Source: Candidatus Latescibacterota bacterium (lineage in GTDB: Bacteria > Latescibacterota > UBA2968 > GCA-2709665). From it: DNA of 64,000 bases. This document shows positions 1 through 9,524 of the stretch, in pieces. The notes beneath the pieces were generated by a model. It had not been told where the DNA came from. It made no database searches and saw nothing but the letters and a program-made list of their open reading frames with translations. The position numbers were made by a program, and so were the translations under genes. Position 1 is the stretch's first letter; each line of letters begins with the position of its first letter. The stretch spans positions 483,767-547,766 of the forward strand of contig OZ220733.1 in the NCBI GenBank assembly GCA_965116875.1, read 5' to 3'.

Positions 1-2746
1 CGCCTGAAAGGGATCCGTCGGGTGGTGGTTCGGTTGTGTGGATGACACCGGGCTCGTGGGTGGAGACGATGCCGGTCCAGGCAGCTTCCGACATCCGGAA
101 GCGATGTGACTCAGTGCCCATGACAGTCCCGCCAACGAGCAATGACCATTGCGGGCCGATTTTCGACTCCGCAAAGATCCCGAACCTCCCGTTGAAGCAA
201 ATGCGGCCGTCTATTATAATGGCGGTGTGCCCGTCGCCGAAAATGACTGTGTGGACATTTTCGTCCGGAAGGCGGACTCTCAGAGCACGGAGAGCGGGCC
301 CGCCAGGCAGGTCAACCTCTTCAATTTGCACAATTTTCCGGTTTCTTCTGAATGCCTCGATGATGCTCAGATAGCCGGAGTCGAGGGGCTGTCCACCCTC
401 GTGGGCGACGATGCCGTAGGTCAGGCGCCGGGGATTACCGGGTTTGTTGCGGGGCGGATCTCCGTGACAGAGGGCGATCTCACCAGGGGGATTTATCAAG
501 TTCCATCGCAGGTGAATGTCGGTCGCGTCACCGGGCGTGGATGATGTAGGGAGCGCCTGCCACGTATCAGCAATGGTCCAGTCGACGGAGACCGTCCCCG
601 CCGCTGCTGCACAACGCTTTACGTCGTAAAGGTACTGGAAGCCGCTGCCACTGTAGTTACGTACTTCGCCATCGTAAAATTCTCCGAACTTGACGTCCTC
701 ACCAGCATACGTGCCGTTGTCCTGTGGCGTTAATTCGAGACCTTCGGTCCTGACGATTCCTTCGGCTGCGTGGAAGAGGAAGTGGTGGGATGAGCCGCCG
801 GAGACCTGGAAGAGGTCTGCTGCATAGAAGTCCGTATCGGAAATCCGCACCAACGCGCTGGTGCGGCAATAGACCGGGCACTGCGGGTAGACGTCGGTGG
901 ACGAAACGGAGACGACCTGAGCTTCCGCTGTGGTTGCACAGAAGTCGACCTTTCCTGAGTAGCCGCCTTTCTGTTTGCTTCGATCAACAAGGACGGTGTT
1001 GTGGGAGACGGTATGGCTGGTCCAGCCTGAGCGTTTTGGCCATACGCGCGCGTGTTCGGGATAGCCCAGGTCCGGCAGCAGGTCCAATCCGAAGGCGTAA
1101 AGGCCAAGATTCAATCGATCCGCATGCCCATGGCCGGTGTTGCGGCCGTAATAGAGCCACAGGGTGCGTTCGTATTCATCCGCGCCGTCTCTGAGAAGTG
1201 CCAGTCCATACCCCGTCATCACGTCAGAATCGAGGCGGAAGGGCCCGTGCCGCGCTACGGCATCTGTCACGCGACGCCGGATGGCTTCCGGATCCTCGTT
1301 GAAGATGCTGCCGTGAATCCGTGTCAGATCTCCGCCAACGAGGTGGTGCGCAGCCCTGGCGAAAATGGGATCGCCAAACAGCTCCAGGCCTTCCAGACAT
1401 TGTTCGACGGTGAGACCGCAAAGGTTGAGGTTACCCGTCTGGCCCGTGTCGCCAATGTTTGGGATGTACCTGCCCAGACAGATCATGCGGATGTGACCCA
1501 GGTACATCTGCTTGTACCGCAGATATCCCCGGATGTTGTGACGGGTGTACGAGCGTCGGCATCCAAGTACACGGTCCAGATCGTTCATGCCCTGGGATTT
1601 GTGGAGCCAGCCCAGGCTGTAGGACGGCGCGGCTTCGGAACCGATACCGTCCCGGTCGATTTCTCCCGCGAAAAGTTCCGGAATGTGTCCACCGCTCGGT
1701 TTTTGACCGCGCAGTTTGCCGGCCTTGAAGACCCAGTCCAGCCAGTGGTCGGTATCTTCCGCATCCAGGGCGACGGAGAGGACAGCCATCGTGACCTGGT
1801 CGCCGGGTTCGTTTCGGGCGACGTCGCCTGAGAGGATGGCGGCAATGCCCTCGCGTATGATACGACTCTCAATATGGCGGCACAGTTCGTCCACGTTGTT
1901 CTGGGAACACAAACCATGGACGTTCCTTTTGCGGGAGAGAAACGTGAAGAGCGGGTCGTCGTCCCGCCATGCGGTTCGGACGGTATCATAACATTCCGTA
2001 AAGGCGATGAGCAGGCCCGGTTCCCAGATTCGGCCGTAGATACGACCCCGGCCGCTCAATCCGTCCGAGTTGAAGAATCCGAGTCCGGCCCAGTAGGACC
2101 AGTGCATATCGGGATAGACGTCGGCGATTCTGGCCAGAAGAATTCCGGCTTTGTGAGCGTACGCGGGGTTGCCCGATAGCAGGTATGCCCGCTTCAACCC
2201 CTGGCAAGCGGTCCGTATTTCGTTCCAGATACCATGGTGTCCATAGACACCAATGAGTTTGAATGACTCTCCGGTATCGTCGATCCAGCCCGTACCGTCG
2301 TCCACGCACCAGGTGAAAAGGGGGTCGTTTTTGTCCGGATGTTCTGTATTGAAGAGCAGGCTGCGGTCGGCTTCATCGGGACGAAAGACACCGTCGGGAC
2401 CTATGCCGCTCTTGTAAAAGGCGGCATAGTCGTTGCCAGGAAACCGGCCGCCGCAGTTGGGGCAGGTGATTTTCCAGGGGTCGCGGAAAACGTCGACGTT
2501 GAAAGCGCCTCCATAACGATTGATGCCGTCGCCGCATTGCGGACATCCTTTGGCGACGCTTGCATTGGTGCTGCGACCGGTGGTTTGCCCGGTAACCAGC
2601 GACCACAGGGTGTCATCGTCCAGATCAAGCCAGCGTCGGGCACAATGGACGGCAGCATCCCGCTCGGCGGCAGCCCAGTACATTTGTTCAATGTTGCGGC
2701 GTGCGTTGGCGATCTCTTCGGTGGCGATGAAATGTTCGCCGGGCAT
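1..2746 (-). CDS. Heparinase II/III-like polysaccharide lyase family protein (partial; 3' end runs off the left window edge)
   Basis: Not in the supplied ORF track. Hand translation of the minus strand from ATG at 2746 (AAGGTG 5 nt upstream) stays open for about 915 codons to position 1. No minus-strand ORF in this reading frame is listed for 1-2750, which fits one uninterrupted frame lacking a stop in the window. Starts MPGEHFIATEEIANARRNIEQMYW. Contains a CPQCG/CPNCG pair and GRNTGHGHADRLNLGLYAFGLDLLPDLGYPEH, which I recognise as heparinase II/III C-terminal-domain-like. Confidence 0.7.
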   Translation of the reverse strand, partial: MPGEHFIATEEIANARRNIEQMYWAAAERDAAVHCARRWLDLDDDTLWSLVTGQTTGRSTNASVAKGCPQCGDGINRYGGAFNVDVFRDPWKITCPNCGGRFPGNDYAAFYKSGIGPDGVFRPDEADRSLLFNTEHPDKNDPLFTWCVDDGTGWIDDTGESFKLIGVYGHHGIWNEIRTACQGLKRAYLLSGNPAYAHKAGILLARIADVYPDMHWSYWAGLGFFNSDGLSGRGRIYGRIWEPGLLIAFTECYDTVRTAWRDDDPLFTFLSRKRNVHGLCSQNNVDELCRHIESRIIREGIAAILSGDVARNEPGDQVTMAVLSVALDAEDTDHWLDWVFKAGKLRGQKPSGGHIPELFAGEIDRDGIGSEAAPSYSLGWLHKSQGMNDLDRVLGCRRSYTRHNIRGYLRYKQMYLGHIRMICLGRYIPNIGDTGQTGNLNLCGLTVEQCLEGLELFGDPIFARAAHHLVGGDLTRIHGSIFNEDPEAIRRRVTDAVARHGPFRLDSDVMTGYGLALLRDGADEYERTLWLYYGRNTGHGHADRLNLGLYAFGLDLLPDLGYPEHARVWPKRSGWTSHTVSHNTVLVDRSKQKGGYSGKVDFCATTAEAQVVSVSSTDVYPQCPVYCRTSALVRISDTDFYAADLFQVSGGSSHHFLFHAAEGIVRTEGLELTPQDNGTYAGEDVKFGEFYDGEVRNYSGSGFQYLYDVKRCAAAAGTVSVDWTIADTWQALPTSSTPGDATDIHLRWNLINPPGEIALCHGDPPRNKPGNPRRLTYGIVAHEGGQPLDSGYLSIIEAFRRNRKIVQIEEVDLPGGPALRALRVRLPDENVHTVIFGDGHTAIIIDGRICFNGRFGIFAESKIGPQWSLLVGGTVMGTESHRFRMSEAAWTGIVSTHEPGVIHTTEPPPDGSLSG

Positions 2747-2882
2747 GGGGCACCTTGAAAGACGGGGACTCGAGGGTGTCACTCAGGATAGCGCTCAAGC
2801 GGCGGCAGGACACGCGACGTCCCTCTCCCGGCCGGAGAGAAGGTGGCCATCGGATGACGTTTCGGTGCAGTTGATTCGAGCA

Positions 2883-4418
2883 TCAAGCAAGATCCCTGAG
2901 TATTTCCTGCGCGGCATTGTGGCCCGGAATGCCGCTCACTTCGCCACCGGGATGCTGTCCCGCACCGCAAAGGTACAGGCCTCGATGCGGGGCGCGATAC
3001 TGCGAGAGTTCAGGAAGGGGCCGGTTCCAGAAAAGATGTTCGCCGGCATGTTGCACGTGCCAGATGCAACCGTCCGTCAGGCCGTTCTCACGTTCGATGT
3101 CGTGCGGCGTCCGGAAGATATAGCTTCGAATGGAGGACCTGAAATTGGGAGCAAATTCCGTGATCTGCTCGATGATTCCATCGGCGATCTCGTCCCGGAC
3201 GTCGTCCCATGCACCCTGCCGGAGCCTCGCGGGCGCGGGATAGATCCACACGGAGGCGGTGTGATAGCCGGGTTGGGTGAGGGTGGGGTCCGCGAACGAG
3301 GGCATCGAAAAACTGATGACGGGTCTGCGTACCGGCAGGCCTGCATCCAGCTCATCGTACGCCGCGTCGACCTCCGGCCTCGATGCATTCAGGGTGATCG
3401 CGCCCCGGTAGGGCTGTTCAGGATCTCCATCCCAAAACCTCCATTGCGGGGCTTCGCTGATAACGGCGAGCAGCTTATAACAGCTCACGTGGGTGATCAG
3501 ACCCTCGAGGCGCTTGCGCAGCCTGCCGTTAACCGATCCGGCGGGCATGAGTCTGAGGAACGTGCGCTTGGGGTCCAGGTTGGAGACGGTGATTCGGCTG
3601 CGGACTTCCCGTTCGTCTTCCAGTCGAACGCCGATAACGGCGTTTTCTTCTACGAGGAACTCTTCTACGCCGGCGTCGAGATGGATGGCCGCGCCGGCTT
3701 CTCGCGCCGCGTCGGCGATGGCATCGCTAACGGCGCCCATTCCGCCCTCAACGTAGCCGTAGGGATGGGCCTCGCCGGTTTCGGCGTCCGGGCGGTTGAT
3801 GGAACCGTAGGCAAAGTGAAGTCCCAGGGGATTTCGGCCCACGGCGGCGCCTTCCGTTGCGTAGAGATCCTTCAGGTGGTCGGTGGACAGGAATTCGTCC
3901 TGAAGTTCCCGGATTCGCGTGGAAACAGCCCTTTCGAGCACGCGGGCCGACGGGGTGCCCGCGATCGCCGAGCGTACATCCTCCAGCGGTGGGGGCGCCT
4001 GAAACCTGTAAGGGGTCACGATGTCCGAGAGTGTCCGCTTGAATTCACCGTAACGGCGGGTGTCCGCGCGTTCGCTGCTGGTGAGGCGGCTCCGGTGGGT
4101 TCGATTCCTGGGTGAGTCGTGATCCGATGGTCCATGATACGTGCCGTCGGGACGCAGGCGGATGTATCCCTCGCGGGGAAGCATTTTCATCCCGCGTTCG
4201 TAGAGATCGAGGTCCCGTATGATTCTGGGAGGCAGGCCGTGGATCATGTGAGCACAGGTTGAAAAATGAAACCCCGGCCAGAGTTCTTCGGTGATTGAGG
4301 CGCCGCCCGCAAAAGACCGGCGCTCGAACACGCTGACGTCGAGCCCCGCTCTTGCCAGGTAGGCGGCGGCAGTCAGGCCGTTGTGGCCGGCGCCGACGAC
4401 GATGACATCCGTATCCAT
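2883..4418 (-). CDS. FAD-dependent oxidoreductase, phytoene desaturase (CrtI)-related family
   Basis: 511-aa ORF with N-terminal dinucleotide-binding motif DVIVVGAGHNGLTAAAYLARAGLDVSVFE. Length and layout fit the CrtI/COG1233 family. Confidence 0.8.
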   Translation of the reverse strand: MDTDVIVVGAGHNGLTAAAYLARAGLDVSVFERRSFAGGASITEELWPGFHFSTCAHMIHGLPPRIIRDLDLYERGMKMLPREGYIRLRPDGTYHGPSDHDSPRNRTHRSRLTSSERADTRRYGEFKRTLSDIVTPYRFQAPPPLEDVRSAIAGTPSARVLERAVSTRIRELQDEFLSTDHLKDLYATEGAAVGRNPLGLHFAYGSINRPDAETGEAHPYGYVEGGMGAVSDAIADAAREAGAAIHLDAGVEEFLVEENAVIGVRLEDEREVRSRITVSNLDPKRTFLRLMPAGSVNGRLRKRLEGLITHVSCYKLLAVISEAPQWRFWDGDPEQPYRGAITLNASRPEVDAAYDELDAGLPVRRPVISFSMPSFADPTLTQPGYHTASVWIYPAPARLRQGAWDDVRDEIADGIIEQITEFAPNFRSSIRSYIFRTPHDIERENGLTDGCIWHVQHAGEHLFWNRPLPELSQYRAPHRGLYLCGAGQHPGGEVSGIPGHNAAQEILRDLA

Positions 4419-4464
4419 AAAACCGTTCCCCTCGATGTGAACCGACCCGAACGCGCGCTGCGAA

Positions 4465-4526
4465 CAGTCCGTTGATAAAGTCGCTCTGCAGGCGAGGCCG
4501 GATGGGCTTTTTCAACGGGCTGCTAA
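4465..4526 (+). repeat. Family-A intergenic palindromic element, short form (copy A1)
   Basis: CAGTCCGTTGATAAAGTCGCTCTGCAGGC...GGATGGGCTTTTTCAACGGGCTGCTAA. The two arms are imperfect inverted repeats. The same arms recur at 16722, 51062 and as a half copy at 56056. This copy lacks the inner GCCTGCC..GGCAGGC hairpin of the long form. Confidence 0.85.
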
Positions 4527-6049
4527 ACCGGGCGGTCCCTTGAAATGAAGCGTGGCCGCAACCTTGCGGTAACGTGCGGATTGCGAGACGCCTCACCAGC
4601 GACTCCGTTCGAGGCGTCGACGTATGCCTTCAGGTGCGTTAAGGCGTTTCCGCTGTCGATGGCGTCCCTGGCGCGTTCGACGGCCGTTGACGGGTCGACA
4701 TCAAATCCAAGCAGATGATCTTTCATTGCTGCGTTGAGCACGATCTGGTCGTAGACCCAGCCTCTATTCCCGGAAAGAGCGGAAAGGCCCGTTCCGGCAA
4801 AGGCGTCTGCACACACGGCTTCGGGTCGAGGCTGACTGTCGTACCTGAATCCGGCTGCCGCCGGGTCGACGTCGCGATCGTACGTTTCAGTTCGTCCGTC
4901 GCCGGTCCGGAAACCCCTTACGTTGTTGATGGCCTTCCGTCCGCCGTCGGAGGGTTTGCCCAGCCGCAGCCCCAGCGAACTGCCGCCCTCCATTCCCTTC
5001 ACGACAAGGCATGAGTGGAGACCCCGGTCCGCTGCCAGTTGAAGGAACATATCCTCGTACCCCGGATGGTAATAGCCCACCACCATGTGGTTTTCACCCG
5101 GGCACGTGAAGAGTTGCTGGGCCTTTTCCGTTGCCGCCCAGGGAGGCCGTTTGCCGATATGCGCGCGGAGTTCCCTGGTTGCGTACGCCGACGGCGAGAA
5201 GATGCGCTGGCTGACGTAGGCAAAACCCACGTGCGGTTTCTCGATCAGTTCTCCGGCATGTTCCAGAGAGAGATCGACGTTCGCCCCCAGCGCTTTCAGG
5301 AGCTGTTCGTCGGTGACTCCCCATTTCGGCGGCATTCCATCCACGCCGTGCAGTACCGTCGGGCGTCCGAGCGCGGCCCTGACCGCCGCGACGAAAAGGG
5401 TCGGCCGGAAGTATCTGTTCGATCCGTCGTAGGGTTCACCGAAATGGGTGAGCGAGCCGACGTTCAGCTCCACAACGCCGGACGGGTCAAACGCGGCGTC
5501 CAGGTATCCGCGCGCCTCGTCGTATGTCTCGCGATTCATCCGCTGTCCGATGAGCGCAGCGCCATTGAGCGCTGCTCGCCCATGTCGGCCAAGTATGACG
5601 CCGCACATCCGGCGTGTCTCGACATAACTCAGGTGATCACCGGCGAGGATCTTACGGAGAGAGGATATGAGAACCGCTTCCTGATCGTTTTTCGCTTTCA
5701 GCTTCGAGGAGGGTTCCAGTAGAAAAAGAACCTCCGTCGGCAGGCTTTGACGGAGGGCCTCACGATTCCCTTCAAACGCTTCGGTTTCGGCGCAACTCCA
5801 CCGGGTCCGTGGAGGAAATCCGCGCCGCAGCGCCATGGCGACGAAGAAAGCACCCATCTGGACAGGCGATACACGTATCGTATCAGGGTATTCCTCTCTG
5901 ACGGAACGCAGAATCAGTTCCAGAATGCGGCCCGGCCGGGGGTCGGCGGGTTTTACGCCCAACGGCCGGGACTGATGAGGTCCGGTGCAGACGCGGGATT
6001 GGGCTTCCAGCACTTCCGGGTTCGGACCCGTGTAGCGTTCAGTCGTCAT
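4523..6049 (-). CDS. Glycosyl transferase family 3 / anthranilate phosphoribosyltransferase-like protein
   Basis: Track ORF 4523..6211. I prefer the ATG at 6049 (AGGAA 9 nt upstream). A TrpD-like N-terminal helical segment (ILAGDHLSYVETRRMCGVILG...AALIGQRMNRETYDEARGYLDA) is followed by a PRT-like core (GEPYDGSNRYFRPTLFVAAVRAALGRPTVLHG...). It is longer than canonical TrpD, so the specific function is uncertain. Confidence 0.55.
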   Translation of the reverse strand: MTTERYTGPNPEVLEAQSRVCTGPHQSRPLGVKPADPRPGRILELILRSVREEYPDTIRVSPVQMGAFFVAMALRRGFPPRTRWSCAETEAFEGNREALRQSLPTEVLFLLEPSSKLKAKNDQEAVLISSLRKILAGDHLSYVETRRMCGVILGRHGRAALNGAALIGQRMNRETYDEARGYLDAAFDPSGVVELNVGSLTHFGEPYDGSNRYFRPTLFVAAVRAALGRPTVLHGVDGMPPKWGVTDEQLLKALGANVDLSLEHAGELIEKPHVGFAYVSQRIFSPSAYATRELRAHIGKRPPWAATEKAQQLFTCPGENHMVVGYYHPGYEDMFLQLAADRGLHSCLVVKGMEGGSSLGLRLGKPSDGGRKAINNVRGFRTGDGRTETYDRDVDPAAAGFRYDSQPRPEAVCADAFAGTGLSALSGNRGWVYDQIVLNAAMKDHLLGFDVDPSTAVERARDAIDSGNALTHLKAYVDASNGVAGEASRNPHVTARLRPRFISRDRPV

Positions 6050-6279
6050 GGCAAACATTTCCTCAGGTGAAATAAAGCCGGCGATAGTATACAAGAATTC
6101 CGGTGTGCCATCAAGCGGGGCGGGCTGTGCCTCCAATCTCCGGGCAAAGTGACCGGACCGACGGAGGACTTCCGGCCCGGAGCGTATCGGGACTGAAAAA
6201 ACGGTTTGCACGTACCGTGTTTTTTGTTAAATAAGACGTGTTCGACGCAATGTGGAACATCGCTGTACCGGGATCGAAA

Positions 6280-7110
6280 ATGACGGCATTCCGACTGGCG
6301 TGGTGTCTGTGCATATTGGGTTCGGCGAATACACGGCTTCATGCCGAACCCGTCAGGGTGTACGCCGCGGCCAGTCTGATCGGTTCCCTGAAGCGGATTG
6401 AGGAGATATTCGAAAGGGAATCTGATCTGGAGATCCGCTATTCGTTCGCCGCGTCTTCCACGTTGGCAAGGCAGATCGAACGGGGGGCGCCTGCCGATGT
6501 CTACATCTCCGCGAATCCGGCGTGGATGGCTTACCTGGAGACACGCGGGCTGATTCGCCGGGATACGCGGACCGACCTGCTCGGCAACTCGCTGGTGATT
6601 GTGGCGCCCGGCGGAGAGGGGTTCCCTATTGAGTGGGAGAAGAATTTCGGCTTTGCCGCGGCGTTCGAGGGGCCGCTTGCGGTAGCGGACCCGGAACTCG
6701 TTCCGGCCGGTATCTACGCAAAGCAGGCGCTCGTCCGCCTGGGATGGTGGGGGAAATTGAGGGACCGTGTGGCCGTCGCGCAGGACGTGCGCGCGGCGCT
6801 CGCGTTCGTGGAGCAGGGCGCCTGCGCCGCAGGCATCGTATACGCGACCGACGCCGCCTCCAGCGACGGGGTGGACGTACTGGCCGCCTTTCCGGCCGAA
6901 ACCCATGACGCAATCGTTTATCCGGTTGCGATCGTGAACGGGCGGGACAGCGCGAATACCCGGCGCTTTGTGGACTTCCTGAAGTCGGCGCCGGCTCTCG
7001 GGGTATTCCGGGAAGATGGCTTTCTGGTTCCGCCTCCCGCAGAAAGGCCAGCCGACCCGCACGGGAACGATGCATCGCGCGGTGTGCCGATGTTCGCGAC
7101 CGCGCGATAG
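6280..7110 (+). CDS. modA: Molybdate ABC transporter periplasmic substrate-binding protein
   Basis: Track ORF 6238..7110; the likely start is the Met preceding signal peptide MTAFRLAWCLCILGSANTRLHA. ModA-like VRVYAAASL...LEIRYSFAASSTLARQIERGAPADVYISAN...LAVADPELVPAGIYAKQAL...IVYATDA. Confidence 0.85.
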   Translation: MTAFRLAWCLCILGSANTRLHAEPVRVYAAASLIGSLKRIEEIFERESDLEIRYSFAASSTLARQIERGAPADVYISANPAWMAYLETRGLIRRDTRTDLLGNSLVIVAPGGEGFPIEWEKNFGFAAAFEGPLAVADPELVPAGIYAKQALVRLGWWGKLRDRVAVAQDVRAALAFVEQGACAAGIVYATDAASSDGVDVLAAFPAETHDAIVYPVAIVNGRDSANTRRFVDFLKSAPALGVFREDGFLVPPPAERPADPHGNDASRGVPMFATAR

Positions 7111-7219
7111 CGGCTGTCCGCCAACGGAATCATGACTCATTGGAGCCGGTCACCCACCCGGCGGCGGATCGCCGGCATCGGGGATTCCTTCGCATTCAGA
7201 CCGGAAAGGGCCGAACGGC

Positions 7220-8341
7220 ATGTCAGTCCTGGAAAGGTTGAATATCGGTGTTGCGGGAGCGGCGGGCAGAGGCGGGAGTTTTCGGGCGGCCATTGACGCG
7301 CATCCCGCCGCCCGGCTGCATGCCGTGTGCGATATCCGGGAGGACATGCTCGATGCGGCGGCAGAAAGGCTGGGCGCATCGGAGACCTATTCGGACTACG
7401 GGAAAATGCTGGAAAAGTCCGACCTGGATGCCGTGATTATCGGCACGCCGATGCAGTTCCACGCGCCACAGGCGATCGCGGCCCTGGAGTCGGGCGTCCA
7501 CGTGCTGAGCGAGGTGACGGCCGCGGTTTCGGTGGACGAGTGCAAACGTCTGGTCGCCGCAGCCGTCGACACCACCGCGTTATACATGATGGCCGAGAAT
7601 TTCACGTATATGAAACCCAATGTACTCGTGAAAGAACTGGTGAGGCGCGGGCTGTTCGGCGAGGTCTATTACGCGGAGGGTGAGTATGTCCACGAGTTGA
7701 AGGGATTGAACGAGGTGACAACCTGGCGCCGGAAGTGGCAGACCGGGATCGACGGCGTCACCTACGGCACGCACAGCCTGGGCCCGATCCTCCAATGGAT
7801 GGCGGGCGACCGGGTGGCGCGGGTCTGCTGCGAAGGCAGCGGACATCATTACGAGGATCCCAGAGGGAACCCATACGAGAATCAGGATTCCTGCGTGATG
7901 CTGTGCAAGACCGTCAGGGGATCACTGATCAAAATACGTGTCGACATGCTGTCGGACCGCCCTCACTCCATGGCGAACTACGCCCTTCAGGGCACCACGG
8001 GTTGTTACGAGTCCGCACGCGCCAGGGCGGAGGCGAACCGGATCTGGCTCGCGGATCTGTGCGAAGACCGGAATACATGGATGGATCTGTCGGAGCTGGA
8101 AGAAGAATACATGCCGGAGATCTGGCGCGATCCGTCCGAAGAAGCGCTGCAGGCGGGCCACGGGGGTGGGGATTATTTCGAGATTCTGGACTTCGTGAAC
8201 GCCATCGAAGGAACGGCGCCGTGCCCGATCGGGATCCACGAGGCCATGGACATGACGCTTCCCGGCCTGATCAGCCAGGCATCCATCGCGAATGGCGGCG
8301 CGTGGCTGGACGTTCCGGATTCGAGAGTCTGGGTGAAGTGA
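7220..8341 (+). CDS. Gfo/Idh/MocA family oxidoreductase
   Basis: 373 aa with an N-terminal Rossmann segment: LNIGVAGAAGRGGSF...LHAVCDIREDMLDAAAERLG...DAVIIGTPMQFHAPQAIAALESGVHVLSE. Confidence 0.85.
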   Translation: MSVLERLNIGVAGAAGRGGSFRAAIDAHPAARLHAVCDIREDMLDAAAERLGASETYSDYGKMLEKSDLDAVIIGTPMQFHAPQAIAALESGVHVLSEVTAAVSVDECKRLVAAAVDTTALYMMAENFTYMKPNVLVKELVRRGLFGEVYYAEGEYVHELKGLNEVTTWRRKWQTGIDGVTYGTHSLGPILQWMAGDRVARVCCEGSGHHYEDPRGNPYENQDSCVMLCKTVRGSLIKIRVDMLSDRPHSMANYALQGTTGCYESARARAEANRIWLADLCEDRNTWMDLSELEEEYMPEIWRDPSEEALQAGHGGGDYFEILDFVNAIEGTAPCPIGIHEAMDMTLPGLISQASIANGGAWLDVPDSRVWVK

Positions 8342-8389
8342 AAAAGCGGAGGGGCCCCGAACTCGCGGCCGATTCACTCCCCTGTAATC

Positions 8390-9223
8390 TTACGACGGAC
8401 CGGGCGTCAATGCGCCCGCGCCGAAAATGACCGGGAATGCACTGCCGCGCGCGGACTTTGTTGCCGCATGCATGTAACAGGCGCTGAACGCCCTGCGGGG
8501 AACGTCCGTGCGATTTGTACCGGAACTGTGTAACAGCCAATTGTGCAGGAGAACGACTTCGCCCTCGTCGAGTTCCAGATAGATGTGCCTTGCGCTTCGC
8601 GTCCGTTCGTCAATCTGCTGGGGACTCAGGAACCCACTCGCGTTGTCGGGGTTGACGAGGCCCCATTTGTGAGACCCGGGGATGATTCTGACGCAGCCGT
8701 TTCCCACCGTGGCCGGATCCAAAGCCGTCCAGACGGTAACGAGGGGATCCCGGTCCAGGTCGGTCCAGCGGTCCTGGTGCCAGGTCAGGTCGTGGCCCTT
8801 CCCGGCCGGTTTGTTCATAAACATGGCGCGGAAGCAGGCCACCGGCGCATTCGTCCCGTAAACACCGGCGCAGATGCTCCGAAACAGCGGTTTCTGCATA
8901 TACGCGAGGAACAGACTGTCAAACTCCAGGTCCTGAATTTTCCGGTAGTTCAAAGTGGCGCCCTTATGCCCCGTGGTCTGGGGTCCCGGGCCATCCCGGC
9001 CTTCAACGACGTCCAGTTGCATCAGCATACGGCTGTAGTCCGATGGGGCCACGCCCAGCATGATGTCGTCGATGCGCTGCTTCAGGGCATCCAGTTCGGC
9101 GGCGCCTGCTACCCTGCCGAGATGGAGATAGCCCTTACTCCGGAATTGTTCCCACTGTTCGTCCGTGAGGCGGTCCATATCGCACCCTGCGTATGTGGCG
9201 GAAGATTCCCCGTACTCCGGCAC
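8390..9223 (-). CDS. Phytanoyl-CoA dioxygenase (PhyH) family Fe(II)/2-oxoglutarate oxygenase
   Basis: LTDEQWEQFRSKGYLHLGRV, HxD in WHQDRW, IIPGSHKWG and a distal His in LLHSSGTNRTDVPRRAF. The start may instead be the internal Met at 9178. Confidence 0.85.
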   Translation of the reverse strand: MPEYGESSATYAGCDMDRLTDEQWEQFRSKGYLHLGRVAGAAELDALKQRIDDIMLGVAPSDYSRMLMQLDVVEGRDGPGPQTTGHKGATLNYRKIQDLEFDSLFLAYMQKPLFRSICAGVYGTNAPVACFRAMFMNKPAGKGHDLTWHQDRWTDLDRDPLVTVWTALDPATVGNGCVRIIPGSHKWGLVNPDNASGFLSPQQIDERTRSARHIYLELDEGEVVLLHNWLLHSSGTNRTDVPRRAFSACYMHAATKSARGSAFPVIFGAGALTPGPS

Positions 9224-9524
9224 TGCGAAGAAAAAACGGGAATAACGTCACCGTTAGCCTCAATTCCGCAATAGCCGCAACGCGGCACCGCGGCGATACC
9301 CTTCAAAACGGACCGAAATGGTCGTCAGGAAGGACATTTTATCCGTTCACGTCCAGCGTCCTGGTTTATCCTGTTAATCAGCAGTTGAATCGCCTTTATT
9401 AACTCGCACATATTCGAATGAACATCCCCGAAAACTGATGAATCATGGTCAGTTGAGGGCGGGACGCTGGACGGAAAATAAATAAAATCGGATCGCAGAT
9501 CAAGCGACCCGCGAGGAGCGGCCA

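Noticed and set aside
2520-4115. 531-aa plus-strand ORF
   Set aside because: It is antisense to the CrtI-like FAD oxidoreductase (clear GxGxxG start) and to the 5' end of the heparinase-like ORF. It has an Arg/Ala/Gly-rich low-complexity translation.
6046-7140. 364-aa minus-strand ORF over modA
   Set aside because: It is antisense to a textbook ModA sequence and has an Arg/Pro-rich product.
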